64,000 nt of DNA from Promethearchaeati archaeon SRVP18_Atabeyarchaeia-1 (GCA_037308085.1 CP147779.1:2528001-2592000); one strand, 5' to 3'; shown: positions 18,882-28,888, numbered from the stretch's first letter. Translations and numbers: made by a program. Notes: a model not told the origin generated them from the letters alone.

Positions 18882-20402
18882 TTGGGGCGTATTGCAAGAG
18901 TAGTAGCTAATATGGGAAGCAAACCCATGCTGATGCTACTCTTGATCCTGCTTTTCGGACTGGTCTTCAGGGTGGTAATACTCTTCCCCAGTTGGAGGGG
19001 CGGGATTCCCTCCGGTTATGACACTTACATCCACGCTGCCACCGCCTACTTCATTGCCAAAGGTGGATTAGCAGCGTCACCTGCCTCCCCCATCTATACC
19101 CCACTTTTCTCTTTGCTCATCTCGTACATCTATCTGCTCACAGGTGTACAACCTATTTTCTTGGTCGTCCCAACGGCAGTAGTCATTGACACACTGTGCA
19201 TTCTGCCAATGTTTTACATAGCTAGAAGAATTTCTGGGGGAAATAGTACTGTGGGGTTGTTGTGCGCATTCTTTGCCGCAATAAATCCAATTAGCATAAC
19301 TCTCCTCGTCCTTGGCTCATTTCCCAGCATGTTCGCGATGCTCGGTTTTCTCACTATTCTATCCATGTCAGTGAGCGGAATCCGAGATCGACCCTTGGGC
19401 ATAATCCTCATTGGTCTGCTTGGCGCGTTTGTCGCCTTGACTAACATTCTAGTCGCCGCAACCTACGTCTTTTTCTTTGTTGTCCTCTTCTTCTACGAAA
19501 TTGTTCTTAGGAATGGAACCCATTACACGAAGCCGCTCCTCCTCTCCGCCTTCATTACGGTGCCCTTAGCGGCCGTCTTTTATGTCCCGAGGTTGAGCTA
19601 CTTCTATGTTGGAATTCTCGGAGGCGAAGAGTATATCCTGTGGGTTCTTCCGCCTCTTGTCATTACTATTATTCTTTTGCCTCCGATTTTCTTTCTGTTT
19701 AAGACAGGCCTGCAGAAAAAGTATGTTTCCGCTGGTGCCGAGCATCTAAAACTGTTGAAGGTCTGGTATCTCACGGCCCCGCTGATGGCTCTGGCATTCG
19801 TGTGGCAGGTGTCTGTTATCTCCAGGTTATGGCATTTTTTGACTTTCCCCGCAGTCGTCGTCCTGTCAATGGTTTTCGTCAGGAAATTTGCGTTGATGGG
19901 CAAAGCTAAGAGACCTAGAACTGCGAAGCTGATGGCGACGGGATTGCTGGTGTTCTGCGTTTGTGGGGCTTATGTCGGAGGGGTCTATTGCTTCAACGAA
20001 TTCTACAGTTTGACTCCGGGTAGGCTGCAACTAATCAATTGGATAGAAGCATCAACACCTATGAGTGCAGCTTTCTGCGCGGAGGAGGAGTTCCTCCCCA
20101 CGCACCTTGGTTGGTACATAATGGGACTGACTGACAGACTTTCCTATGAAAGTATCCTGAATTTCTCCGGACCTTTTGAGGTGGGAACAGATGTGAGGCT
20201 ACACATCGCGTTAGCGAACAATATTACGGTTCTTGAAGCCAACACCACATACTGGATCAAGGCTGTGAAGGACCTGGGTGTTAGTTTCGTGATACTGCTG
20301 ACGCCAAAGAACCACACAAACTATGATACTATCTCTGGCAAGAAAGTGTTCGTGAACGCAGAATACACGGTATACAATGTCACCCAGTTCGCCTTCGGAT
20401 AG
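18882..20402 (+). CDS. GT-C-fold membrane glycosyltransferase, paralog 2
   Basis: Colinear with 15479..17002 (PSGYDTYIHAA, LTNILV, LSYFYVG, WYLTAP, LGWYIMGLT, FEVGTD, LANNIT, YNVTQF). Confidence 0.75.
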   Translation: MGRIARVVANMGSKPMLMLLLILLFGLVFRVVILFPSWRGGIPSGYDTYIHAATAYFIAKGGLAASPASPIYTPLFSLLISYIYLLTGVQPIFLVVPTAVVIDTLCILPMFYIARRISGGNSTVGLLCAFFAAINPISITLLVLGSFPSMFAMLGFLTILSMSVSGIRDRPLGIILIGLLGAFVALTNILVAATYVFFFVVLFFYEIVLRNGTHYTKPLLLSAFITVPLAAVFYVPRLSYFYVGILGGEEYILWVLPPLVITIILLPPIFFLFKTGLQKKYVSAGAEHLKLLKVWYLTAPLMALAFVWQVSVISRLWHFLTFPAVVVLSMVFVRKFALMGKAKRPRTAKLMATGLLVFCVCGAYVGGVYCFNEFYSLTPGRLQLINWIEASTPMSAAFCAEEEFLPTHLGWYIMGLTDRLSYESILNFSGPFEVGTDVRLHIALANNITVLEANTTYWIKAVKDLGVSFVILLTPKNHTNYDTISGKKVFVNAEYTVYNVTQFAFG

Positions 20403-20430
20403 GGGAACCAAGTTTGGCATAGGAGAACTC

Positions 20431-20660
20431 GCGAGCCACCAACGCCTTAAGTGGTGTTGGTCTCCTGGTTCATGGAGCGAGCTTGCCTTTGCGCGTGCGG
20501 CACCGTTGACGCACCCAGGGGCGCCAAGGTAGCGGCTTCGATCTCCAAAGGCGTAGATTCGGCACGCACCGTGCCTACTGCCGAGACAGATGCAGGTTCC
20601 CCAATTTAAGCCAGCTATTCACCCCACACCCAAGGGGAGTGGGCTTTCTTACCCGCCTTT
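20431..20660 (-). mobile_element. Non-autonomous IS200/IS605-derived mini-element: left end, TATA box and omega-RNA/right end, with no ORF
   Basis: Minus strand: TTAC|AAAGGCGGGTAAGAAAGCCCACTCCCCTTGGGTGTGGGGTGAA (left-end hairpin), CTTAAAT, then GTAGGCACGGTGCGTGCCGAATCTACGCCTTTGGAGAT...GCAAGCT...ATGAACCAGGA and the terminal hairpin CCAACACC-ACTTAA-GGCGTTGG. It translates as a TnpB tail (VGTVRAESTPLEIEAAT...SMNQE). Confidence 0.78.
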
Positions 20661-20693
20661 GTAAGTTATCGGGACCTTTCCTCGGAAACTCGT

Positions 20694-21485
20694 CTATATT
20701 AGCAGCCCCACGGCTACGAGTAAAACCAATAGAACGAGTATTCTGAAGAAGAATCTCCAGCAAGAGGAGAATATCAGTTCTAATGTGCTCATCATAACTT
20801 CCAATCCATGGGCAATCGGGTTCTCGCTCCTCTTCTTGTGGTAATAACTTGCAATTATTGGCATCTCCCTGATTCTCAGGTCCAACTGCTTGGCTCTTAT
20901 AATGATCTCCGTGCTAGCTCCCATCCCTTTTATCTTGGGACATATATCCCTTATTGCCCTTCTACCATAGGCTCTGAATCCTGATTGTGCGTCAGTGATC
21001 GTATCATAAGAGGCTCTCTTGGTCAGCCTTGTTATTACGCGAATCCCAACTTTCCTGTAAGGCGGAAGCCTTTCTTCTCCAGCATTAGAAAGGAACCTTG
21101 ATCCGATGACGATATCAGACCAGCCCTTCAAAATTGGCTCGGCTAGTTTAGGAATGTCCGCCGGGTTATGCTGACCATCCGCATCCAAGGTCAACATCAC
21201 ATCTGGGCCTATTCTCCTTGCGCTTTCGAACAGCGTTGAGAGGGCTGCCCCATAACCTAGATTAGCCTCGTGTCTCACCACAATTGCGCCAGAGGCCTTC
21301 GCAATCCTTGAGGTACCATCATGAGAGCCGTCGTCACAAACAACAATCAGAGTAGCATACATCTTGCTCTTCAACAGGACGCTGGATATGCTCTTCTCCT
21401 CATTGTAGGCGGGGATGGCGACAAGTATCAGAGGTTTTGTAGTCAAACTCATACGCCCATATTCCTTTGCGGCCGAGCTGCCCAT
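20694..21485 (-). CDS. GT2 glycosyltransferase (DPM/DPG-synthase-like), possibly C-terminally shortened
   Basis: IPAYNEE, CDDGSHDGT, NLGYGAAL, LDADGQH, GSRF, TDAQSGFRAY. Confidence 0.88.
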   Translation of the reverse strand: MGSSAAKEYGRMSLTTKPLILVAIPAYNEEKSISSVLLKSKMYATLIVVCDDGSHDGTSRIAKASGAIVVRHEANLGYGAALSTLFESARRIGPDVMLTLDADGQHNPADIPKLAEPILKGWSDIVIGSRFLSNAGEERLPPYRKVGIRVITRLTKRASYDTITDAQSGFRAYGRRAIRDICPKIKGMGASTEIIIRAKQLDLRIREMPIIASYYHKKRSENPIAHGLEVMMSTLELIFSSCWRFFFRILVLLVLLVAVGLLI

Positions 21486-21496
21486 GAGGTTCGGTG

Positions 21497-22909
21497 CTAA
21501 CCTGCCCTTCTGGTAAATACATGAAAACCTTCCACAATCCTATGGAAGAATGCGCTTGGCGCTACACGTGAATTCTCGCTGGCAAGTACGTCTCTGCCGT
21601 CGATAAGCACAGCGGGACTTGACGCAAATCTGAAAAGATCCTCAGGTGTCAGTTTCTCCCTGAAAGCGGAGTGATCCGTCATGACAAGTATAAGGTTGGC
21701 ATCTCTTGTAGCCTCAGCCACGTTGCCTGCTACGCGGACTCCCTTCTGTTCAAGGAGCGCATCTCGTTTTATGAAAGGGTCATATGCAACTATTCCAGCC
21801 ACTCCTTTCATGAGTAGGAGGTCTATGACTGCGTAGCTTGGCGAGTTGCGTGTATCTGCTACGTCAGCGCGGAAAGACAGACCTAGTACCGCAACCCGCG
21901 ATCTCCTTAATCCGACTCGATTGATTTCCCTCAGTACTGAGTCGGCAACTTCGATAAGGGACTGGGTTTTTTCATCATTTATCTTCCTAGCCAAGGCAGT
22001 GAGAGGTAACTGCATGCCTTTTTGAATTGCAGCTTGGAGCACGAAGTGGGGATAGTACGGGATGCACCATCCCCCGACGAAGCCCGGAATGTGAAGATGG
22101 CAGAATGGCTGGGAGTTTGCTGCCTCTCTGACTACCTTGAAGTCCACTCCGACTGTTCCGCAGAACCTTGCTAGTTCATTTGCCAGGGCAATATTGACAT
22201 CTCTATAGATTCCTTCAAAGAGTTTTGATGTCTCGGCCGCAGTTGGGTTTGCCAACTTGATGACTCCTTTCTGAGCGATAGCTTCGTATAACGCAGCGGC
22301 AGCCTCGGCACTTCTTGGTCCTGTTCCACCCAATATCTTTGGGTATCGCTTCTCGATGTCCTCGAGAACCCGTCCCTCGTATATTCTCTCAGGGCTGTAC
22401 GCGAGACCGAAGTCTTCTTCGACTTTGAGTCTACTCGTTTTCTCAAGGATGGCTTCTGCTACTGTTTTGGTTGTGGTAGGCGGCACACTGGACTCGACGA
22501 TCACAAGATCTCCTTTTTTCATTCCTTGTCCAATGGCCTGCAAGGCGCGTTCCAAAGCAGAAAGATCGCATGACTTCTTGCTGGTGAGGGTTGTCGGAAC
22601 CGCTATGATCTTGACATCAGATTCCCTGGATCCTTTGATCCCGTCTGTCGTGGCATTGAGCTTGCCCCTTTTCACGCCGTCGCGGATAGCCTCTGGTACG
22701 CCAGGTTCATCGCTTATTGGCGAAACCCCTTCATTGATTGATTTGACGACTTCGTCTTTCACATCGATTCCGATGACTTTTGCTCCGGCTCTGAGCCACG
22801 CGGCTGCAATTCCGAGTCCTACGTGCCCCAGACCATAGACTGCAACGATGATTTTGCCTTCCCGGAGACCGGTCTTCAGCGAAGGCGGTGAACTGTAAAG
22901 GACGTTCAT
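21497..22909 (-). CDS. Nucleotide-sugar dehydrogenase (UDP-GlcNAc/ManNAc 6-dehydrogenase-like)
   Basis: GLGHVG, ESSVPP, SPER, KLFEGIYRDVNIALANEL, GFVGGWCIP, GLSFR...RNSP. Confidence 0.9.
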   Translation of the reverse strand: MNVLYSSPPSLKTGLREGKIIVAVYGLGHVGLGIAAAWLRAGAKVIGIDVKDEVVKSINEGVSPISDEPGVPEAIRDGVKRGKLNATTDGIKGSRESDVKIIAVPTTLTSKKSCDLSALERALQAIGQGMKKGDLVIVESSVPPTTTKTVAEAILEKTSRLKVEEDFGLAYSPERIYEGRVLEDIEKRYPKILGGTGPRSAEAAAALYEAIAQKGVIKLANPTAAETSKLFEGIYRDVNIALANELARFCGTVGVDFKVVREAANSQPFCHLHIPGFVGGWCIPYYPHFVLQAAIQKGMQLPLTALARKINDEKTQSLIEVADSVLREINRVGLRRSRVAVLGLSFRADVADTRNSPSYAVIDLLLMKGVAGIVAYDPFIKRDALLEQKGVRVAGNVAEATRDANLILVMTDHSAFREKLTPEDLFRFASSPAVLIDGRDVLASENSRVAPSAFFHRIVEGFHVFTRRAG

Positions 22910-23135
22910 CACGTGACCATGACTCCATGATTTTTGAATAGAGATACACTGGTCGCTATTATATACTTTGAGAATCTCGGTTTCTTCTGGATTGGCGAGC
23001 AAAAGCAACTAATATATAGCCAGATCCAAGTCTCTGTTGTTCTCTGGACTGCCCTGTTCCTGGAGATCTTTCACGGTGAAGTCACCTCGACAGTTGGGGT
23101 TGCTTGTCTGGAGGGATTAGGAGGCTTTCTGGTAA

Positions 23136-23675
23136 ATGAGTCCGAAGCTCGACCAAGGACTTGTCGAAGTGTATACTGGCAATGGAAAAGGCAAGACTAG
23201 CGCGGCTCTGGGTCTCGCTCTCAGGGCAATAGGTAGGGGCCTCAAGGTCTGCTTTGTATGCTTTTTCAAGAAGAATGTCAGCGGGGAGGCTTTGGCTGCC
23301 AAGGAGTACTTGTCTGGGAAGCTGGAGATCTACCAAGCTGGACGTCCCGGATTCATCTGGGTCGATACCAAACCTTTGCCTAGGGACTATGACCTTGCAA
23401 AAGCAGCGCTTGAGTTGGCGAGGAAGGTAATCGACGGCGGGCAGTTTGACATTGTGGTACTTGACGAAATCAATCAGGCAATGGACCTAGGGGTGGTGAG
23501 TGTCGAGGAGGTTCTAGAAATGATCAAGGAAAGACCTTCCGGCGTCGAACTTGTGCTGACTGGAAGAGGAGCGCCGAAGGAGATCATTGAAGTCGCTGAC
23601 CTCGTGACAGATTTCGTCGAGGTCAAGCATTGGTACAACAAAGGGGTATCTGGTAGACTGGGGATAGAATTCTAG
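23136..23675 (+). CDS. cobO: Cob(I)yrinic acid a,c-diamide adenosyltransferase (CobO/BtuR)
   Basis: YTGNGKGKTSAALGLALRA, VVLDEIN, ELVLTGR, ADLVT...VKH, GIEF. Confidence 0.93.
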   Translation: MSPKLDQGLVEVYTGNGKGKTSAALGLALRAIGRGLKVCFVCFFKKNVSGEALAAKEYLSGKLEIYQAGRPGFIWVDTKPLPRDYDLAKAALELARKVIDGGQFDIVVLDEINQAMDLGVVSVEEVLEMIKERPSGVELVLTGRGAPKEIIEVADLVTDFVEVKHWYNKGVSGRLGIEF

Positions 23676-23710
23676 TGACGACGGAGGGGAGAAGCCAGCC
23701 ACTTCCAGAT

Positions 23711-24766
23711 TCACGTAGCGGCGGTACTCCACTTGAACCACTCTATCGTTCTCTTCAGCCCTTCTTGAAGCCCAACTGTCGGCTTCCAATTGAGCATTCG
23801 CATTGCTTTGCTTATGTCCGGCTTCCTCCTTCTGGGGTCATCTGGCTGTGGTGGCGATTTGGTAATTATTGACTTGGCGCTTGTTAGCTCGATGATTGTC
23901 TTGGCTAGCTCGTTGATTGTCACTTCGTGCGGGTTACCTATATTCAGCACTTCCCCGCTCAGCTTCCTAGCCACCGCTAGCTTCAGTATCCCTGTGATTG
24001 TGTCGCTTACATAGCAGAAACTCCTTGTTTGGGCCCCGTCACCGAAAATCGTTATTGGCTGGTTTCTCAGCGCCTGGTTGATGAATCTTGGCAGTGCCCT
24101 CGCATAGGCTCCATCAGCGCGAATCCTTTGTCCATACGTGTTAAAAATACGCGCTACTCTGACGTCTAACCCATGTTCCTTGGAGTATGCCATGCACAGC
24201 GCTTCTCCGAATCTCTTGCCTTCGTCGTAGCACGATCTTACTCCAATGGGGTTCACATTCCCCCAGTAGGTTTCAGGCGTAGGCACAATCTGCGCATCGC
24301 CGTACACCTCGGAAGTTGAGGCGTAGACCATGACAGACTTTCCCTTCATAGCATGCTCCAGCATGTTCAAGGTTCCAAGCGAGTTCGCTTTAAGCGTCTC
24401 GATCGGATGCTGCTGGTATTCCTCTGGAGAAGCTCTACTTGCGAAATGAAATACGTAGTCATGACTATCCTTGATTCGGATGTTCTCAGCGCACGCGTTT
24501 ATGAATCTGAATGATGATTTGCAGGTCGATAAGAGGTGCTCGATGTTCTCCATTCTTCCTGTGGACATGTTGTCTACACAAGTCACTTCGGCATTCGACT
24601 TCAGGGTGGCTTCACAGAGCCATGATCCTAGGAATCCTGCGCCCCCAGTAATCAGGACTCTTTTTCCTTTGAAGTCGTCACCTATCTCGGAAACGACTTT
24701 TCTGACGTCATCCTGAACTGAGTCAATGCCTGGCTGCGAGGCTTCTTTTCGCCTATTTGCACTCAA
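23711..24766 (-). CDS. UDP-glucuronate decarboxylase (UDP-xylose synthase-like SDR)
   Basis: TGGAGFLGS, ASP..YQ.HP, STSEVYGD, YWGNVNPIGVRSCYDEGKR, DDPRRRKPDI. Confidence 0.92.
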   Translation of the reverse strand: MSANRRKEASQPGIDSVQDDVRKVVSEIGDDFKGKRVLITGGAGFLGSWLCEATLKSNAEVTCVDNMSTGRMENIEHLLSTCKSSFRFINACAENIRIKDSHDYVFHFASRASPEEYQQHPIETLKANSLGTLNMLEHAMKGKSVMVYASTSEVYGDAQIVPTPETYWGNVNPIGVRSCYDEGKRFGEALCMAYSKEHGLDVRVARIFNTYGQRIRADGAYARALPRFINQALRNQPITIFGDGAQTRSFCYVSDTITGILKLAVARKLSGEVLNIGNPHEVTINELAKTIIELTSAKSIITKSPPQPDDPRRRKPDISKAMRMLNWKPTVGLQEGLKRTIEWFKWSTAAT

Positions 24767-24775
24767 GTCGTCTAC

Positions 24776-25657
24776 TCACCGCTTATTTGGCTGTTTCAGT
24801 TGTTCAAGTGAGAGCTGGAGAGCCTCGATCAGCGTTGTCGGTGTTCCTATGTCCAGCCGTATCTCATCTTTCTTGAGTTGTGTCCCCACAACCCTGTAGC
24901 CGTTGTCCAAGAGCATCTGTATCGCGTCTGTCAGCTGGATCTCTCCGCCCTTTCCTGGCTGCACCTTCTCGAGCATCTCAAATATCTTCTCCGTAAAAAT
25001 GTAGATGGGCATTATGGCAAGGTTGCTTATGGGCTTCTCGGGTTTTTCAACGACCTTCTTAACAATCAAAGCCCCATCTGGGCTTGTTTCAGTTATTGCC
25101 ACACCGTACTGTTTTGGATCGTGAACCTCTTGGAAGAGTATCGCAGCGTCGGCCTCGTGCTCATTGAACTTGTCGACGAGCCTCTTTAGGTGCCCGCAGT
25201 TCCTCGAAATTATATAGGTATCTCCAGCGTGTACGAGCGTTACCCCGCGAACGTAGGGCTTGACTCTCAGAACAGCGTCTCCAAAACCTTTTGGTTCGGG
25301 TTGATTCACAAAGCTCATGTTGGAGGAGTCAACTTTGCGGTAGAATTCCGCTAGTTCCTTGCATGTCTTGCCTTTTCCTGAAAGCAGGCTGATGAAGCTG
25401 CTATCTGGCGTGAAATGATCCTCGATGGACCTCTTCCCCCTGCCAACTACGATTATGTAGTCTTTTAGGCCGAAATCATATAGTTGCTCGAAAATAGCTT
25501 GAAGGATGGGTTTCACGGAGATGTCGCCCAAGGAACTACCTGAGAATATGGGGGCCATCTCCTTAGGTATTTCCTTTGAGTAGGGCAACAATCTTGTCCC
25601 GAGACCTGCGGCCGTGAGCACTGCCCGCATAGTCATGCTTGCTTTGACCATATCCAA
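24776..25657 (-). CDS. galU: UTP-glucose-1-phosphate uridylyltransferase
   Basis: AAGLGTRLLP.SKEIPKEM, IEDHF, QPEPKGFGDAV, VEKP, GEIQLTDAI, DIGT. Confidence 0.88.
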   Translation of the reverse strand: MDMVKASMTMRAVLTAAGLGTRLLPYSKEIPKEMAPIFSGSSLGDISVKPILQAIFEQLYDFGLKDYIIVVGRGKRSIEDHFTPDSSFISLLSGKGKTCKELAEFYRKVDSSNMSFVNQPEPKGFGDAVLRVKPYVRGVTLVHAGDTYIISRNCGHLKRLVDKFNEHEADAAILFQEVHDPKQYGVAITETSPDGALIVKKVVEKPEKPISNLAIMPIYIFTEKIFEMLEKVQPGKGGEIQLTDAIQMLLDNGYRVVGTQLKKDEIRLDIGTPTTLIEALQLSLEQLKQPNKR

Positions 25658-25693
25658 TCACCACTTACGACGAAGCACATTGCCTAGTCATTT

Positions 25694-27049
25694 CTAGACT
25701 CTATCCAGCTCCTTCCCTAGCCCTATTGCAGTCAACTTCACTTTCTTATTGGCGAAGTCTACGACGTTGAATATCCTTCTCCCGTCAATGACTACAGGAT
25801 TCTTCATATTGTCCAAGAAATCATTAGGGGTCAACTTCCTGAACTCATCCCACTCTGTGACGATGATACAGCAGTCTGCCTCTTTGAGGCATTCCAAGGA
25901 GGACGTCGAGTATGTTATCTTGCCTCCGAATATTCTTTCTACGTTAGGCGTGCCAGTGGGGTCATAGGCCACAACCTTCGCCTCCTCATCAAGTAACTTT
26001 CTTATGATCTTGAGAGATACAGCTTCCCTAATATCATCCGTGTCAGGCTTGAACGACAGGCCCAGCAAAGCGATACGTCTGCCCCTTAGTCCCCCCAAAA
26101 TGCTCTTGGCCATGTCGACTGCATTATAGGGCTGCTTGTCATTTACCTCCAGCGTGCTATCTACTATGAGCGGCCTATATCCTATGCTTTTCGAGAAGGC
26201 TATAAGGGCTCTGACGTCTTTTGGGAAACAGGATCCTCCCCACCCAAGCCCCGCGTTGAGGAATCTCTCTCCAATCCGCCTATCCAGCCCTATTCCCTTA
26301 GCAATGACTGTGACGTCGGCACCAGGAATCTTCTGACACATGTTGGCTATTTCGTTGATGAAGCTTACCTTTGTTGCGAGGAAAGCGTTGTTTGCGTATT
26401 TGGTGAGTTCAGCATTCTCTATCGTTGTTCTTATCAGAGGAGGCATTTTTGTGGCTTCGTAGAAATCTCGGTGGAGGTCTTCCAGAATTCTTCCAGATTC
26501 TTTATCGTATTCACCTATTATGATCCGGTCAGGGTTGAATGTGTCTTCCACAGCGGAGCCTTCGCGGAGGAACTCTGGGTTGGAGCAGAAGCCGACACCT
26601 GTGCCAGCCCTCAGATCAGATGTTCGTTCGACTCTTGGTCTCACGACATTTCTCGTGGTTCCAGGTGGAACAGTACTTTTCACAACAACCAATGGATAGT
26701 TGCTGGCACTTCTCTCCCTGATCGCCTTGCCGATTTCCTCTGAGACTGACTCTACGTATGATAAGTCGACGCTACCATCTTTCTTGCTTGGCGTGCCAAC
26801 GGTTACGAAATAGACGTCTGAACCTGGAATTGTAGTCGTTGCCTTGAAACCTTTATCGAGAGCATCGACGAGAACCTCTCCTAGCCTTGGTTCGTGTATT
26901 GGCAGATGCCCGTCATTGACTGCATCCACTCTCCCCTTGTCGACATCCACGCCTGTTACGTGCATACCTTTGCTGGAGAAACAGAGTGAAGTTGTCAATC
27001 CCACATAGCCCAAGCCAATTACCGCAACTTTCTTTGATTTGCCCACCAT
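25694..27049 (-). CDS. ugd: UDP-glucose 6-dehydrogenase
   Basis: GLGYVG, KSTVPPG, NPEFLREG, KYANNAFLATKVSFINE, GWGGSCFPKD, FKPDTDDIRE. Confidence 0.92.
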   Translation of the reverse strand: MVGKSKKVAVIGLGYVGLTTSLCFSSKGMHVTGVDVDKGRVDAVNDGHLPIHEPRLGEVLVDALDKGFKATTTIPGSDVYFVTVGTPSKKDGSVDLSYVESVSEEIGKAIRERSASNYPLVVVKSTVPPGTTRNVVRPRVERTSDLRAGTGVGFCSNPEFLREGSAVEDTFNPDRIIIGEYDKESGRILEDLHRDFYEATKMPPLIRTTIENAELTKYANNAFLATKVSFINEIANMCQKIPGADVTVIAKGIGLDRRIGERFLNAGLGWGGSCFPKDVRALIAFSKSIGYRPLIVDSTLEVNDKQPYNAVDMAKSILGGLRGRRIALLGLSFKPDTDDIREAVSLKIIRKLLDEEAKVVAYDPTGTPNVERIFGGKITYSTSSLECLKEADCCIIVTEWDEFRKLTPNDFLDNMKNPVVIDGRRIFNVVDFANKKVKLTAIGLGKELDRV

Positions 27050-27083
27050 CTTCTTCGCCTCCCCTCATGACATGCCTAAAGCG

Positions 27084-28670
27084 CTACCGCTTGAGAGACG
27101 TTCCAGCTTCCTCTAACCGCATCTCTCCGCTAATCAGCTTCCCGAGGGTGGAGTGCAGACCTTCAGCTTTAGCTCGGACTTGCTTCCCTGTGTCCCTGTC
27201 TCTGATCGTCACAGTGTTATCTTCCAGTGTTGTGTAGTCAACGGTGACTGCGAAGGGGATACCGATCTCATCAGCCCTCGCGTATATCTTTCCCACGGAA
27301 CCCCTTTCATCGTACATTACATCAAATCCTTTCATCTTAAGAGTCACGTAGATCTCCCTTGCCTTCTCCGGCAAACCGTCCTTTCTTAGCAAAGGAATGA
27401 TGATTGATTGTATTGGTGCGATCTTGGGTGGGAACCTGAACCAAGTCCAGTCCCTATCTCCTTCCCTGAAGCAAAGCTCAAGCACGCAAATGGCTATCCG
27501 CTCAACCCCTACGGAAGGCTCGATTACGTGTGGGATTATCCGTTCCGCCTCACCTGGTACCGTGACAGACAGGTCTTCGCCGCTCCCTTTGCTATGGCTA
27601 GTTAGATCGTAGTCCCGTCTGTATGCATTTCCCATTATCTCCTTCCAGCCACTGCTAAGCTCGACCTCGAGGTCGAGATTGCCCCCTGAATAGTGCGGAG
27701 TCTCTTCTGGCATCATGTACCTGAATCTAAGCTTCTCAGCAGGTATTCCTATCGACGTGTAGAATAGTGTTTCCTTAGCAATGTAGTATGCAAAGCACTG
27801 ATTTGGGACGAGTCTTCTCGTAACTGCTTCCAGCGCCGTCAGGTCAACTACTTCCCCGCCACCTTCTTCCTTACTCTTCTCCTGTGATTCACGTGGTAGA
27901 ATCCTAATGTGGACATCCTTGACCTCGCCAAAATTGGGATGGTCGTCCAGTCGCCTTGGATCCACAAAGAACTCGAGCTCCATCTGAGTGAACTCTCGCA
28001 ACCTGAAGATACCCTGCCTCGGCGATATCTCATTCCTATATGTCCTCCCTACTTGGGCTAGCCCAAACGGGAGAGTTCCCCGCATTGTCGAGAAGACACG
28101 CTTGAATGCCGTAAACATGTTCTGAGCCGTTTCGGGACGGAGAAAACCTTGAACGCCTTCCGCCCCTATCTCTACTCCAAACATGAGGCGGAAGGGTTTG
28201 ACCTCGGATAGATCTCCCCCACACTTCGGGCACTTGATTTTCTCATCTTGGAGCAGCTTCGTCATTTCATCGAGGGTCAGCCTTTCAACGTTTCGGCCAG
28301 TGGCCTCTTCAATCAGGTGATCTGCCCTAAAGACCTTCCTGCACTTCGTGCACTCAACCTTTGGGTCTGTAAAGTGGTCGACGTGGCCAGAAGACTTGAG
28401 AACATTATACGGAAGAATTGTTGAGCCGTCAATCTCATACACGTTGTCTTCGGATCTAATGAAGAAATCTCTCCAAGCCTCAATTATCTTGTGTCTGAGG
28501 AGTGTACCTATAGGTCCCCAATCATAGAATCCCGCCACACCGCCATAGATCTCCGCAGTTGGGTAGAATATCCCTCTGCGGGCGGCAACGTCATTAATCT
28601 TCTCGGTGAGAGTCCAGTTTTTCTTGCTGCTTGACGCCAAAATAGAATTACCCTCCGGTGATAGAGACAA
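27084..28670 (-). CDS. glyS: Glycine--tRNA ligase (archaeal/eukaryotic alpha2 type)
   Basis: IYGGVAGFYDWGP, SGHVDHFTDP, LRPETAQ, RNEISPRQGIFRLREFTQMELEFF, PHVIEPSVGVER, YARADEIG. Confidence 0.96.
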   Translation of the reverse strand: MSLSPEGNSILASSSKKNWTLTEKINDVAARRGIFYPTAEIYGGVAGFYDWGPIGTLLRHKIIEAWRDFFIRSEDNVYEIDGSTILPYNVLKSSGHVDHFTDPKVECTKCRKVFRADHLIEEATGRNVERLTLDEMTKLLQDEKIKCPKCGGDLSEVKPFRLMFGVEIGAEGVQGFLRPETAQNMFTAFKRVFSTMRGTLPFGLAQVGRTYRNEISPRQGIFRLREFTQMELEFFVDPRRLDDHPNFGEVKDVHIRILPRESQEKSKEEGGGEVVDLTALEAVTRRLVPNQCFAYYIAKETLFYTSIGIPAEKLRFRYMMPEETPHYSGGNLDLEVELSSGWKEIMGNAYRRDYDLTSHSKGSGEDLSVTVPGEAERIIPHVIEPSVGVERIAICVLELCFREGDRDWTWFRFPPKIAPIQSIIIPLLRKDGLPEKAREIYVTLKMKGFDVMYDERGSVGKIYARADEIGIPFAVTVDYTTLEDNTVTIRDRDTGKQVRAKAEGLHSTLGKLISGEMRLEEAGTSLKR

Positions 28671-28888
28671 GGCTCATCTGGCTGTAGACCATCAATAGGT
28701 ATTCCCACGTATAATAGGTGAGCTTTCCCAGTTACCCTGTTTGGGGAATGTTTCTCAAGTTGATAGGTTTGCTATGGATTTTAACTTTTTGACAGGGTTT
28801 CTTCGTTTTGGAAGAATGGTTTATTATCTGCTACTCTCCTTATATGCGCTAGCTAAGTGTTTTTTCCTCGCCGGGAGGGTTATCAGAA

